Position numbers and translations under genes: made by a program. Below are positions 20,324 through 30,920 of a stretch of 64,000 nucleotides of DNA, piece after piece. The notes beneath the pieces were generated by a model. The model was given only the letters and a program-made list of their open reading frames with translations, was not told the DNA's origin and did no database searches. This DNA is from Promethearchaeota archaeon. Lineage in GTDB: Archaea > Asgardarchaeota > Lokiarchaeia > Sigyniarchaeales > SOKP01. Positions within the stretch are counted from its first letter, which is position 1; each line of letters opens with the position of its first letter. The stretch is taken from NCBI GenBank assembly GCA_048941285.1, contig JBHLNS010000001.1, positions 1 through 64,000 of the forward strand, written 5' to 3'.

Positions 20324-20480
20324 TTATTTGTAGAACATTCCCCTAAAATTCTCCGCCTCTACTATAGTCATTTCATAAATTACTTTTTTGCAATTAATAC
20401 AGCTGTCTTGAGTGCCTTTTTGATAGATTCAGCATCTTTCGCATCCCATTCACAGAAGACTTTACCTAATTCTGGAATAT
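20324..20480 (-). pseudogene. Degraded remnant of a small DUF4242-like protein
   Basis: IPELGK / VFCEWDAKDAESIKKALK / IYEMTIVEAENFRG joined by two frameshifts; no start codon or N-terminal half visible. Confidence 0.45.
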
Positions 20481-20566
20481 TTCAGAATCTAATCAAATAT
20501 GCATTGGATGAATAATCTAAAAAAAAAAAGTAATAAGCAAGTATATGCTTCAGAAATTGTATAAAA

Positions 20567-21283
20567 ATGATTGAACTAGTAACTTTCGATCTTTGGAATA
20601 CGATATTTACTAATAAGCATTATTCGGATTTAAGATTTGATTATTTTATTCAGTTTTTAAAAAAAAATCAAATTCCATTTTCTCTCAAAGAAGTTAAAAA
20701 TGCTTTTAGTTTGACATTTCAAGTACTAGATGTTAATTTAAAAGAAATTGACTATCGTCATATATACACTCATGACCGAATTTCAAAACTATTATTAGCA
20801 TTAAATATCAAAGTTTCTAAATCTGATTGTAAAAAAATTAAGGTTAAATTTGAAGAAATAATGTTAAAAGATCCTCCTTCTTTGAAAAATGGAGTCAAAA
20901 AAGCCTTAAAAGAATTATCGGAGAATTATGATATTGGTCTAATCTCTAATATAGGAATTACTCCTGGCCATGCAATCAAAAGAGTTTTCGATACATATGA
21001 TATTGGGAAATATTTCAAATTAACACTTTTTTCAGATGAGACAGGGTTTTATAAGCCAAGTCCAAGAATGTTCGAGACTGCTTTAAAAAAGTTTAAATGT
21101 AAACCACAAAACGCAATTCATATTGGAGATCGATTGGAAACGGATATAAAGGGAGCAAAAGATTGTAATATCTTGAGCATCTGGATAAATGATTTAAAAA
21201 TTCCAAAATCAAATGAAATTATACCTGATTATGAAATTCAGCAAATCTATGATGCTGTTTCTATAATTAAGAGAATTCCTTGA
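20567..21283 (+). CDS. HAD-superfamily hydrolase
   Basis: FDLWNT, ISN, YKP, HIGDRLETDIKGA. Confidence 0.9.
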   Translation: MIELVTFDLWNTIFTNKHYSDLRFDYFIQFLKKNQIPFSLKEVKNAFSLTFQVLDVNLKEIDYRHIYTHDRISKLLLALNIKVSKSDCKKIKVKFEEIMLKDPPSLKNGVKKALKELSENYDIGLISNIGITPGHAIKRVFDTYDIGKYFKLTLFSDETGFYKPSPRMFETALKKFKCKPQNAIHIGDRLETDIKGAKDCNILSIWINDLKIPKSNEIIPDYEIQQIYDAVSIIKRIP

Positions 21284-21431
21284 AGTAATTATCACAGAAA
21301 TTCTAATTATTATACTTTCTTAATAAAGGTTTTATATCGATAAATTTCAAATTAATAGTGATTAATTATAAATAACGTAATTTTCATTTTTAATTTAAAA
21401 GTCTTTAATATCTACGAGTGTTCTCCCAATT

Positions 21432-22853
21432 ATGAAAATATGCCCATATTGTCAAAATCCTATTGAAAAAAACTGGTCATATTGCAGGAATTGTAATAAA
21501 CCATTACTTGTAAATTTGGAGGAAGCTTTAGATAGGAACGTGCGGTTTCCTTATGATGAACCTGAGACTTATCACTTAGATTTGGAAGATCAAAATAGTG
21601 AATATGAGCCAGATATTATAAAGGATGAAGAGGTAGATAAAAGAATAAGAGAAATTGACGAAATCCTAGAGCGTAAAGAGATTCTTGGTGAGCCAATACC
21701 AGGCTCTGTATTATTAGAAAAATCTGGTTTGTATTATAAGAAGAGAGATTTACTAAATGCATCAAAGTACCTAGAGTTAGCATTAAAAAATTTTAAAGAG
21801 GAGAAAGATCAACTTAATGAAGCTATATGTCATAATGAATTAGGCATAATTCAAGAAGATAATGGATTTTTTGACCAAGCTATCTATCACTTCAATAGAT
21901 CCCTTGAAATACTTGAAGAATTTGATGATAAGCCTAAAATTATTAAAATTTTCAACAATTTAGGAAATATCTATTTCTTACTTAAAGATTTGGAACAATC
22001 ATACAAGTATTATCAAAAAGCATTTGAACTTTCTAAAGAAGAAAATATGATATTTGAAGAAGTAAAATCTTCCAGTAATTTAGTGGAAGTTCTTTACTTA
22101 TTGAAGAATTATGATCGAATTAAAAAAATATTAGAAAGAAATATAGAATTCTTTAAAGAGAAAGAAGATATCTATGGAATTATTCAAACAGAAATAAAGT
22201 ATGGAAAGTTATATTATCTAATGGATGAAAATTATGACGAATCTTACCATCATTTAAACAAGGCACTAGAGTTAATTAATGCAATAGAGAAGAATATATC
22301 AATTTATATTAAAGCTAAACTTGAATGGGAATGCTATTTTTATCTTGGAAAAATTTATCATGTACGAGATAATAATTCTAAAGCTGAAAATCTACTTATA
22401 CAAAGTTTAGAGGCTGTTCGTGTTTTTGAGATTGGTGAAAATATTAAAGAAGGTGAGATATTAGAAAACTTAGGAAATGTATATATATCAATGGGAGATA
22501 TTGAAAAAGCCATCGAATATTATGATTTATCCCGTCAGATTTTCTATAAATTTGGCGATAATTATAAAAATGCAGAACTCAGATTTAAAATTGGAAAAAT
22601 TCATTTAGAATATGAAGAGGATACTACAAAAGCCATAAATTTCTTCGAAGAAGCATTAGAAATCTATGAAGATTTAGAATACTTTAAAGAAACGGCTATT
22701 ATCTTAAATAAATTGGGTGATATTTATCTAAATAAAGGGATAACGGAAGCCGCTATATCATACTTTGAGCGAGCTCGGAATTATTATGAAAAATTTCAAG
22801 ATGAATACAATATGAATTTATTGACCGAAAAATTAAAATCATTGAATAATTAG
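21432..22853 (+). CDS. Zinc-ribbon + TPR protein
   Basis: N-terminal CPYC..CRNC, acidic linker, then about nine TPR-like repeats. Confidence 0.82.
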   Translation: MKICPYCQNPIEKNWSYCRNCNKPLLVNLEEALDRNVRFPYDEPETYHLDLEDQNSEYEPDIIKDEEVDKRIREIDEILERKEILGEPIPGSVLLEKSGLYYKKRDLLNASKYLELALKNFKEEKDQLNEAICHNELGIIQEDNGFFDQAIYHFNRSLEILEEFDDKPKIIKIFNNLGNIYFLLKDLEQSYKYYQKAFELSKEENMIFEEVKSSSNLVEVLYLLKNYDRIKKILERNIEFFKEKEDIYGIIQTEIKYGKLYYLMDENYDESYHHLNKALELINAIEKNISIYIKAKLEWECYFYLGKIYHVRDNNSKAENLLIQSLEAVRVFEIGENIKEGEILENLGNVYISMGDIEKAIEYYDLSRQIFYKFGDNYKNAELRFKIGKIHLEYEEDTTKAINFFEEALEIYEDLEYFKETAIILNKLGDIYLNKGITEAAISYFERARNYYEKFQDEYNMNLLTEKLKSLNN

Positions 22854-22871
22854 ATTGCATCCATTTATTTA

Positions 22872-23558
22872 TTATTCATTATCATGAATCTCAAAATCTT
22901 CCTTCTTGTATACTTTTGTACCAAATTCTTCAAAACCTATACCTTTTATAAATGAATAGGACACCTTATTATCCTTATACACCTCGCACCTAACTTCTTT
23001 TACATGTGGGAAGTGTTCTTTTAGATATTGCCAACTTGCCATCCCAAGAACCGAACCAACACCTCGTCTTTGAAATCTAGGGATGACTGCTAAAGCAGCT
23101 ATAATAGCGAATTCTTTGTTTTCGCCCTCAAAATCAAGAAGTATAAACGCTGCATCCGTTCCATATACTTTGCCAATCAGAAAAACTGTTTCGGGATACT
23201 CAAGTATTTTTTTTAAGTCTGTTTTCGTTATAGGGCGAAATGGTGTGTTAGATGTCAACCAAGCACGATTATATATATTTTTTAAACTATCAAGGTCTTC
23301 AATAGTGGCTTCTCTAATTTTAGCTTTAACAATATTATGTTCTATTTTATTTTTTAATTTATTTTCAAATTCACTTGTAATATTTTCAACGGGAAGTCTC
23401 ATCTGGACATAAACCATACCATCTTGATAAAGATCCTCTGCTTCCCTATCAATTTGTATATTTTGTTTTTTCTTTGTTTCTATGGACAAAAAAAAGGCTC
23501 TTATTTTTCTTTTTTTCAGATCCAATCTTTTTTTACGATCTACTTTTGTATTTGTCAT
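22872..23558 (-). CDS. GNAT-family N-acetyltransferase
   Basis: IREATIED, AVIPRFQRRGVG acetyl-CoA motif A, N..S..F..IGF. Confidence 0.88.
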   Translation of the reverse strand: MTNTKVDRKKRLDLKKRKIRAFFLSIETKKKQNIQIDREAEDLYQDGMVYVQMRLPVENITSEFENKLKNKIEHNIVKAKIREATIEDLDSLKNIYNRAWLTSNTPFRPITKTDLKKILEYPETVFLIGKVYGTDAAFILLDFEGENKEFAIIAALAVIPRFQRRGVGSVLGMASWQYLKEHFPHVKEVRCEVYKDNKVSYSFIKGIGFEEFGTKVYKKEDFEIHDNE

Positions 23559-23582
23559 AATAAAAAGGAGAAATATATTTTT

Positions 23583-25217
23583 TTATGATATTTTATTAAG
23601 ATTATCTCGAATTATTCTCTCCATTGGCTCATTTATTAACACTTTTTCTCTTAATTTTGAAATACCTAGCTGGATTCTCTTTTTTAGGTTGGGATCTTTT
23701 ATTAAGTTATTCCTTTCGCAAGAAAATTCAAAATTTGATCGGGTTGCCATATCATTTTCAATTCTTTCATTTACGGCTTTCTTTAAATTAATAAAAGCTT
23801 CTGAAATGTTCTCATAGAGATTATCAGGGGTATTAGTTATAAAGCCAGGAAATAGTATATTCATATATTCTTCCATATTGTTTTCATCTTCAATAAACAT
23901 AGCATAAACTGGCATATAAATCCATTGTATAGGCCTTGAAAATAAATCTGATTGATTATCATTGAGTGCCCATCCAGTTAATGTCTGAGCTTCTTGTAAA
24001 CAATTGTTTTGCTTAATTTGTATAATTTGCTTAATTTTGTCAAATAGCTCTTCTATTTGAGTTTTCAAATTGTTTAATTCAGAGATTTTCACTTGTTTTT
24101 CACTTTCAAATTCACTTAATTGTTTATCTCTATCTTTCAGTTTCAAATTTAAAGAAATCTTAAACTGCTCTAACTTTAGCTTTGCTTCATCATCAATTTG
24201 AAAAGCTCGGGTTTTTAATTCATAAAATTTTTGTTTTAACGTTGATAGGGTTTCTAAAAATTTATTTCCCTCGTCTATTAGATAGCTAAATTGATTTTCA
24301 AAGTGAGGTATGAGATCTTCGAAAACTTTACTTCTTAAAGTATCATCACTAGTAAAAAATTTATTTTTTTTAATCATTTCTTCAAGTTGCCTTTCAAATG
24401 TTTTAAATAGATTAGACATATTTTCAATAATTCTCTTCTTTTCGTTAACATTCCAATGATCGATTTTATCCTGCTCTAATTTTGTTTGTTCATCTACCTG
24501 ATAAGTATCTATTGATGTAGAGGTTTTAGAAATTTGACTAGAATATCTTGAATCTATATCCTTCAATTGCACATTTAAATCAATAAGCCACTTATTTACT
24601 TCTTTATCTATTAATTCAATTTGAGTCTTCCATCTAAATGAATTTCCTTTCATAGTATTGATTATTTGACGATACTCTTCTGAAATATTTAATGCAATTT
24701 CTGTAGAAATTCTCGCGTCTAATACAGTATAGTCTGCAATTGGTTTATATTCAATCAAAGGTATAATTGATAATAACGTCTGAAGGAATTCTGGATTAAT
24801 TAGGCCATCTATTTTTAGTATATGAAATTCAGATTCTTCGCCTTCACCAATTTCTTCAGCTTCCTTATCTTTATACGTTAAAATATCAATCAAAATGTTT
24901 AATAGTTCAAATTTTGATCTGTTATCTATATTTCTAAGAATGTGGCCAATTAAAGGTTGACGAGGGGGATTAGAAAACTTTCCTATATTTTTAAATAAAT
25001 TCAAACCATCTAACATAATATGAGTACTAATTACACCTTGAATGCTCAAGATTGGCCAGAGAAGCCTCGAAAAAGATATTATTTTTTCATGTTTCTGTAA
25101 ATCTTTTGATAATAAATAAAATGCAAGAGCCAATTCCTCGTTACCTTGAATTGGAAGAGGATGTGCTCCTTTTCTAATAAGTAATGGCAATAAATGTTGA
25201 TTTCCGTGAACTGTCAT
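23583..25217 (-). CDS. Hypothetical protein with long central coiled coil
   Basis: Heptad-rich E/K/Q/L region (about aa 180-410) flanked by beta-rich segments RLLWPILS and WIYMPVYAMF. Confidence 0.75.
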   Translation of the reverse strand: MTVHGNQHLLPLLIRKGAHPLPIQGNEELALAFYLLSKDLQKHEKIISFSRLLWPILSIQGVISTHIMLDGLNLFKNIGKFSNPPRQPLIGHILRNIDNRSKFELLNILIDILTYKDKEAEEIGEGEESEFHILKIDGLINPEFLQTLLSIIPLIEYKPIADYTVLDARISTEIALNISEEYRQIINTMKGNSFRWKTQIELIDKEVNKWLIDLNVQLKDIDSRYSSQISKTSTSIDTYQVDEQTKLEQDKIDHWNVNEKKRIIENMSNLFKTFERQLEEMIKKNKFFTSDDTLRSKVFEDLIPHFENQFSYLIDEGNKFLETLSTLKQKFYELKTRAFQIDDEAKLKLEQFKISLNLKLKDRDKQLSEFESEKQVKISELNNLKTQIEELFDKIKQIIQIKQNNCLQEAQTLTGWALNDNQSDLFSRPIQWIYMPVYAMFIEDENNMEEYMNILFPGFITNTPDNLYENISEAFINLKKAVNERIENDMATRSNFEFSCERNNLIKDPNLKKRIQLGISKLREKVLINEPMERIIRDNLNKIS

Positions 25218-25432
25218 GGATTTTATCTTTAATTTTTAATAATTTCTATATTATATAATTTAAATATATTAAATTTAAAGATCTTCAGTTTTAAATTTTT
25301 AATTATTTTTCTTCAAATTATTAAGGGCTAGTACTTACAAAATAATTTCCGGGATGAAAAATTCCTTTTAATGTAATAATAGAGCCATACAATTAAGTAA
25401 ATATATTTATAGGAATAAAAAAGAAAACAAAT

Positions 25433-26296
25433 TCATTTAAGTTGTTCATAATTGTTAGCTAATACAAATATAAGGAGTGCTAATAATATGAGTAAGGGTG
25501 GTAATATTGCTCTTACATGAGGTGAAGAAAGTACATCAAGTGCTCCTTGTAAAATTCGACCGCCAACAAAATAAAGAATAAATCCAATAGCATTTAAAGC
25601 ATAAGATTTTCTTAACACACCAAAAGTCTTCCAAGCAAGGTATAGAAAGATAAAAGGAATTAACGTGAGAAATAAAGGCATAAAAATAAAATTTAACAGA
25701 AATCGTCCTAAAGGATATTCCCAAGAACCTATTACAATTGAAATTATATAATCTGGTATCCCATTATAGTCAGATACAAAATCTGGATCCATGAAAAGCC
25801 ACTCCGACAATGTTAATGCTAAAATTCCAATAATAATAGGAATCACTATTAATACATAGCGGATTATAAGTTTAATGTTATTATTACTTCTAAACCAATT
25901 TGCAAGAGATTTCCCTTTCTCTTCAGCATTTTCAACTTGAGTGTCAGTTGGAAATAATAGAATTCCCAATACTCCGACAGCGCAAGCATTTCCTAACCAA
26001 GTAAAAAATGTTGCCAATCGAAAGTTTAGCATTAAAAACGCAACGACTTCAGGTCCATTTGTAGCCCCATCATATAGTTCTGGAGCGAAAAAATAATACA
26101 CTATAAAAAATACTCGTGCAATCCCAAAACATAGGAAGAATAAACTAAAAAACAACCAGTATGGTTTTTTTGAAGTCCGAAATCTTATAAATAGGAAATA
26201 GAAAAATAGTAAAAAGAAATATCCCACTATAATAAAGTAGAGTCCCATTTCTAATGCTTCCCAGAAATCAAGGTATTGGAAATCTTGAAATAACAT
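25433..26296 (-). CDS. Stand-alone seven-transmembrane membrane protein
   Basis: Seven hydrophobic helices by eye; no cytoplasmic output domain. Confidence 0.75.
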   Translation of the reverse strand: MLFQDFQYLDFWEALEMGLYFIIVGYFFLLFFYFLFIRFRTSKKPYWLFFSLFFLCFGIARVFFIVYYFFAPELYDGATNGPEVVAFLMLNFRLATFFTWLGNACAVGVLGILLFPTDTQVENAEEKGKSLANWFRSNNNIKLIIRYVLIVIPIIIGILALTLSEWLFMDPDFVSDYNGIPDYIISIVIGSWEYPLGRFLLNFIFMPLFLTLIPFIFLYLAWKTFGVLRKSYALNAIGFILYFVGGRILQGALDVLSSPHVRAILPPLLILLALLIFVLANNYEQLK

Positions 26297-26427
26297 AATT
26301 TATCAATTTTATTTTTAATTTAAAAAAAAATTATAATAATATTATTATATTCCTATTATAAAAATTTATTTTAATTCTCATGTAATATCTTAAAATACAA
26401 ATATTATAATACACTTTCTAACAATGT

Positions 26428-27927
26428 ATGAAAATTGAGGATACTATAGAAACATTCAATTCATTAGTTAAACGACGAGGATTTATTTGGGGACCATCTC
26501 CAGAAATTTATGGGGGACTCGCAGGTTTTTATTCATATGGCCCAGCTGGAATGGCTCTTAAAAATAATATATTAAATCTTTTTCGGCAAGAACTAAGATA
26601 TTTTGGATTTGGAGAAGTAGAATGTCCAACAATTTTACCTGAAATTGTATGGATAGCATCGGGACATTTAGAACGCTTTATTGATCCTGTTATTAATTGT
26701 AATAAATGTAGCACATTATATCGAGCTGATAAATTTCTTCAAGAAAAATTACCAGATCTTATAATAGATGGTTTATCATTTAAAGAAATGGAGAATCTAA
26801 TACAAAAGTATAATCTAACATGCCCAAAATGCGATAATCCTTTTAATAAAGTAGAAGAATATAATTTAATGTTAAAAACTCAAATAGGAAATAATGTTAC
26901 GGCATATCTAAGGCCAGAAACTGCCACAACAACCTACTTATTATTTAATCGTTTAGATCAAGATGCAAGGAGGCAGTATCCAATTAAAGTATTTCAATTT
27001 GGGAAAGCATATAGAAATGAAATTTCACCAAGACAAGGAGTTCTTCGAATGAGAGCATTTGATCAATTTGAATTGCAGATCTTCATAGGCAGAGAACAAG
27101 AAATGATATTTGAAGATTATGAAGAATTCAAAAAGATGAAATTACCTTTATTAGATTGGCAACTACAAGATAAAAAAATCGATAAACCCCAAATAATTAC
27201 GCTTGAAAAATCAATTAAAATCAACATTCTTAAAAAGCCAGCATTCGCATATTGTCTTTATCTTTCTTACTATTTAACTAAAATATTAGGGATCCCAGAA
27301 GATTTAATAAGATTCAGACAACATTCAATGAATGAACGTGCTCATTATGCTGATGACGCATGGGATCTTGAAATAAAAACAAAACAATATGGATGGGTTG
27401 AAATTTGTGGAGTTCACGATAGAACCGACTATGATTTAAAAAGACATGCAGAATTTTCAAAACAAAATTTTGAAGTTAATACAACTTCTGAATCAAATGT
27501 TAAAGAAATTCCTCAAGTTCTTGAAATAGCATTTGGAATTGATAGAATTATCTACACATTACTTGAAACATCTTTTTACGTTGAAGAAGGCAGGATTAAT
27601 TTGAGATTAAAACCGATATTATCCCCAAATACAGTGGCTGTCTTTCCGCTCGTAAAAAATAAAGAAAACATAAATAGTTTAGCTCTAAAAGTTCATAGGA
27701 ATTTATTAGAAAATCGAATTAATTCGTATTTTGATGTAGCAGGTTCTATAGGGAAAAGATACCGAAGACAAGATGAAATTGGTACAATGTATTGTATTAC
27801 GATTGATTATGAATCTTTAGAAGATAATACAGTAACTCTTAGATCTAGAGATTCAATGAAACAAGAAAGAGTCAATATCAATGATTTAGCAGAGATCTTA
27901 ACAAATGAACTCAGATCTTTTAAATAA
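26428..27927 (+). CDS. glyS: Glycine--tRNA ligase (archaeal/eukaryotic homodimeric type)
   Basis: KRRGF, EIYGG, LRPETA, YRNEISPRQG, ERAHYA, EIAFGIDR, SIGKRYRRQDEIGT. Confidence 0.96.
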   Translation: MKIEDTIETFNSLVKRRGFIWGPSPEIYGGLAGFYSYGPAGMALKNNILNLFRQELRYFGFGEVECPTILPEIVWIASGHLERFIDPVINCNKCSTLYRADKFLQEKLPDLIIDGLSFKEMENLIQKYNLTCPKCDNPFNKVEEYNLMLKTQIGNNVTAYLRPETATTTYLLFNRLDQDARRQYPIKVFQFGKAYRNEISPRQGVLRMRAFDQFELQIFIGREQEMIFEDYEEFKKMKLPLLDWQLQDKKIDKPQIITLEKSIKINILKKPAFAYCLYLSYYLTKILGIPEDLIRFRQHSMNERAHYADDAWDLEIKTKQYGWVEICGVHDRTDYDLKRHAEFSKQNFEVNTTSESNVKEIPQVLEIAFGIDRIIYTLLETSFYVEEGRINLRLKPILSPNTVAVFPLVKNKENINSLALKVHRNLLENRINSYFDVAGSIGKRYRRQDEIGTMYCITIDYESLEDNTVTLRSRDSMKQERVNINDLAEILTNELRSFK

Positions 27928-28117
27928 AGTAAGTTATTGAGAAATCTTCCTTTAATAAATTCTAGTTCTTTACTTTTTAACTTTAATTTAAAAATCGAGA
28001 TTATAAAGAAAAGATTGAAACTGTCAGAAAAAATTTTAAAGAGAAGGATTTTTTTAAATTATAATTTAAAAAGTAAACTTCAGTAAATACTTATTTGATA
28101 TCTTTATTTATATTACA

Positions 28118-30913
28118 ATGAAATTTTTGAATTTATTCGATTTTGGAAAAAACCACGGACAGAAAAAGCATAATAAAAAATTATTAATTTGCTTACTATT
28201 TACTGTTATATTTTTAGTGAATTTTATATTAATCACCCAGAATAATTATAAAATTGTTTATTCTGATAATACCTTCATTACAAATCATAACAATTTTGAT
28301 AATAATTCAACTACTGAGAATCTTAAAACAAGTTCAGCGATCTCATTGCTTCAAGATCCTTTTACTAAAAATTTTGATGAAGTAAGTCAATTTTTTGAAT
28401 TAAAATATCCATCAAATTTAGATTTTGACATTTCTCTTTATTATAGATATGGTGACACTAATGGTGATATAATTGATACTACCATTTTTTCAGAAGATAA
28501 TTTGTTATATTATAAATCTTTAAAGCAAATGGAACTAACTGATATTAAAACCTTTGAGAATTACTTAGATTTAAAAGACACAAGTTTATGGTATGAGAGT
28601 AGTAATGGTAAATATAAATATGGTTTTGTTAAATCGATTGAGGATAACACTGGAGATATTAAAAACAACAAGAGATTTTTGATTGATAATTTAATGCCAG
28701 TGTTCCTTTTAATTGAAAATATAGGCGATCAAATTAATAATATTCCTCTTAGAGGGATCCTCCCTAGGCATTCAATAAATGAAATGTTCCAATTAATAAA
28801 TTCCTCGCAATTTTGGGATGATAGACCAGCTTATAACGGGTTTTTCAATTACAATTCCTCAAATACAAAATATGCTGAGAGTAATTTTTATGCTGTTATA
28901 GCAAACCTTTTAGTTCATAAAAGCTATCAAAACTTAGGTTTAGAACTCGATATTCGAAATCGTGCTTATGAACTCGCAAATTTAACCATTTTTGACATGG
29001 TAGATAAAGGTTATATGTGGGATGCAACAGAAAAAGCCTTTTATCATGATGCTAATAAAAATTGGGATACATCCTTAGCAGGGCAAAAATATTATCATTT
29101 AAGTACTAATGCTTTAGGTATAATTGCATTATTAGAATTTTGGATCGAAACTGGTATGGCAAATGATTCAATATATTATCAAAATGCGATTGATCTTTAT
29201 GAAAGTCTTAATTTTTTATATGATAATGGACTTTATAAGAAGATTGCACTTCCTGGATGGAGTGCTATCTTTGACCATACCAAAGACCTTAAAGACAACG
29301 CTTTGATGATGAGTGCTTGTTTGAAGTTATTTGAAGTGACTGGAGATATAAAATACTATAATAGAGCATTAAAAATATATAATTCTATTGAGAATAATCT
29401 ATATGATAGCATTAATACTTCCTATAATTTTTCTTTTACAAATTCTACTAAATCATTTCATTCAAACCTAAAATTAGCTGAATCATATTTAGACGCTTTT
29501 AATATATATAGCTCCACAGTTTTAAACACCTTTTATAATGTGTCAGGAGAAGTACCCGATTTTATTTTCAATCAAGACAATATGAATATAACTTCAATTT
29601 ATTCATTTAAAAAAATCGGGCAATATTTTAATCCTGAAAATGGGTCATATGGGTACTATAGCATAAGATATGATATTACTAATTTTAGTATAAATTATAT
29701 TTTTAAATATCCAAATGGAACTTTCTTTTATCAATTTGGAGATTTTATTGGAGAACCCGAAACTTCTTACACCCTTGTATATAACATTAAAGATACACTT
29801 CCATTAGGGGATGGGTATTATATTTATATTTGGGTAAATTGTTCTTATTTCAAATTGACTGACGTTGTAAAACGATTTAATGTTATTTCTGGATTAACTT
29901 TTGATTCAATTCAGGGATTACCACGAATTCTCTACCATGGACCAATAGTAAATGTATCTATACGTATTAATTACACCCGAAGTGAAGATTCAACGTTAAC
30001 AGCATCATTAGCAGGGCAGGATATTGTAAATTATCCCTCTCAAGAGATTAATTTTACAACATCTCAATTAATTCAAATAGATTTTAACCTTACAGCTTTA
30101 TTTGATGCGGAACCTGGAATTAGCGAAATATCATTCAAAATTAAAAGGGGTAATATAATTTATTTGGAAATAATAAGAACGATAGAAATTGGATATTCCT
30201 TTGATTATAGTAACTTTTTTTATGAAAAAATAGTAGTTATGGGTGATAATATATTTGTATCTATGACATTGAAAAATTTTCTGCCAAACGCAACCCAATC
30301 TTTAAACGTGAGCTTTTCAGGAATTACAGAGAATTCTATTGAAGATCTTATACAAGAAGCAACATTAAGTGAAAAAGAAACTAAACCTGTGGTTTTTTAT
30401 CTAAGAACATTGGAATCCATATCGAACAATACAATTAAGATAAAGATGGAAATTTTAATTAATGCTACGAAATATTATACCAGATTTTTTATAGTTGAAA
30501 TACTCCCAAAGTATGAGATTTTAAGTGCAACTTTTCCTGATTCTATACCTCAAGGTGAAACTGCTTATTTAATTGTTATTATCCAAAACAATCAAGAAAA
30601 TTCAGAAGCATTTTCATTATTTATAAATAATGTAAAAATAAAAACTAACCTAGTAGAGTTGGATAGTGGAGAAAATAGGATCATAGCTAGTATAATACCC
30701 ACTCTGAATCCTTATGAGTTTGGAATTAAGAAATTCAAGGTTGTATTAAAGGATAATGAAGATGCTGAAATCGCACTACTTTATTTTGAGCTTTCTCTAG
30801 AATTATCAAATTTAAATCTAATTTTATTCTATATTTTACCCATTCTAGCGCCTGTTGGTATAATTTTGTATTTTAAAAATAAATATATAAAACATAAGAA
30901 ATTAAGAAGATGA
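28118..30913 (+). CDS. Large type-I membrane/surface glycoprotein with alpha/alpha-toroid (six-hairpin glycosidase-like) and Ig-like domains
   Basis: N-terminal signal/TM; LKDNALMMSACLKLFEVTGD..YY..A toroid-type repeats; beta-rich C-half; many N-x-S/T sequons; C-terminal TM plus basic tail. Confidence 0.7.
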   Translation: MKFLNLFDFGKNHGQKKHNKKLLICLLFTVIFLVNFILITQNNYKIVYSDNTFITNHNNFDNNSTTENLKTSSAISLLQDPFTKNFDEVSQFFELKYPSNLDFDISLYYRYGDTNGDIIDTTIFSEDNLLYYKSLKQMELTDIKTFENYLDLKDTSLWYESSNGKYKYGFVKSIEDNTGDIKNNKRFLIDNLMPVFLLIENIGDQINNIPLRGILPRHSINEMFQLINSSQFWDDRPAYNGFFNYNSSNTKYAESNFYAVIANLLVHKSYQNLGLELDIRNRAYELANLTIFDMVDKGYMWDATEKAFYHDANKNWDTSLAGQKYYHLSTNALGIIALLEFWIETGMANDSIYYQNAIDLYESLNFLYDNGLYKKIALPGWSAIFDHTKDLKDNALMMSACLKLFEVTGDIKYYNRALKIYNSIENNLYDSINTSYNFSFTNSTKSFHSNLKLAESYLDAFNIYSSTVLNTFYNVSGEVPDFIFNQDNMNITSIYSFKKIGQYFNPENGSYGYYSIRYDITNFSINYIFKYPNGTFFYQFGDFIGEPETSYTLVYNIKDTLPLGDGYYIYIWVNCSYFKLTDVVKRFNVISGLTFDSIQGLPRILYHGPIVNVSIRINYTRSEDSTLTASLAGQDIVNYPSQEINFTTSQLIQIDFNLTALFDAEPGISEISFKIKRGNIIYLEIIRTIEIGYSFDYSNFFYEKIVVMGDNIFVSMTLKNFLPNATQSLNVSFSGITENSIEDLIQEATLSEKETKPVVFYLRTLESISNNTIKIKMEILINATKYYTRFFIVEILPKYEILSATFPDSIPQGETAYLIVIIQNNQENSEAFSLFINNVKIKTNLVELDSGENRIIASIIPTLNPYEFGIKKFKVVLKDNEDAEIALLYFELSLELSNLNLILFYILPILAPVGIILYFKNKYIKHKKLRR

Positions 30914-30920
30914 GGATATT

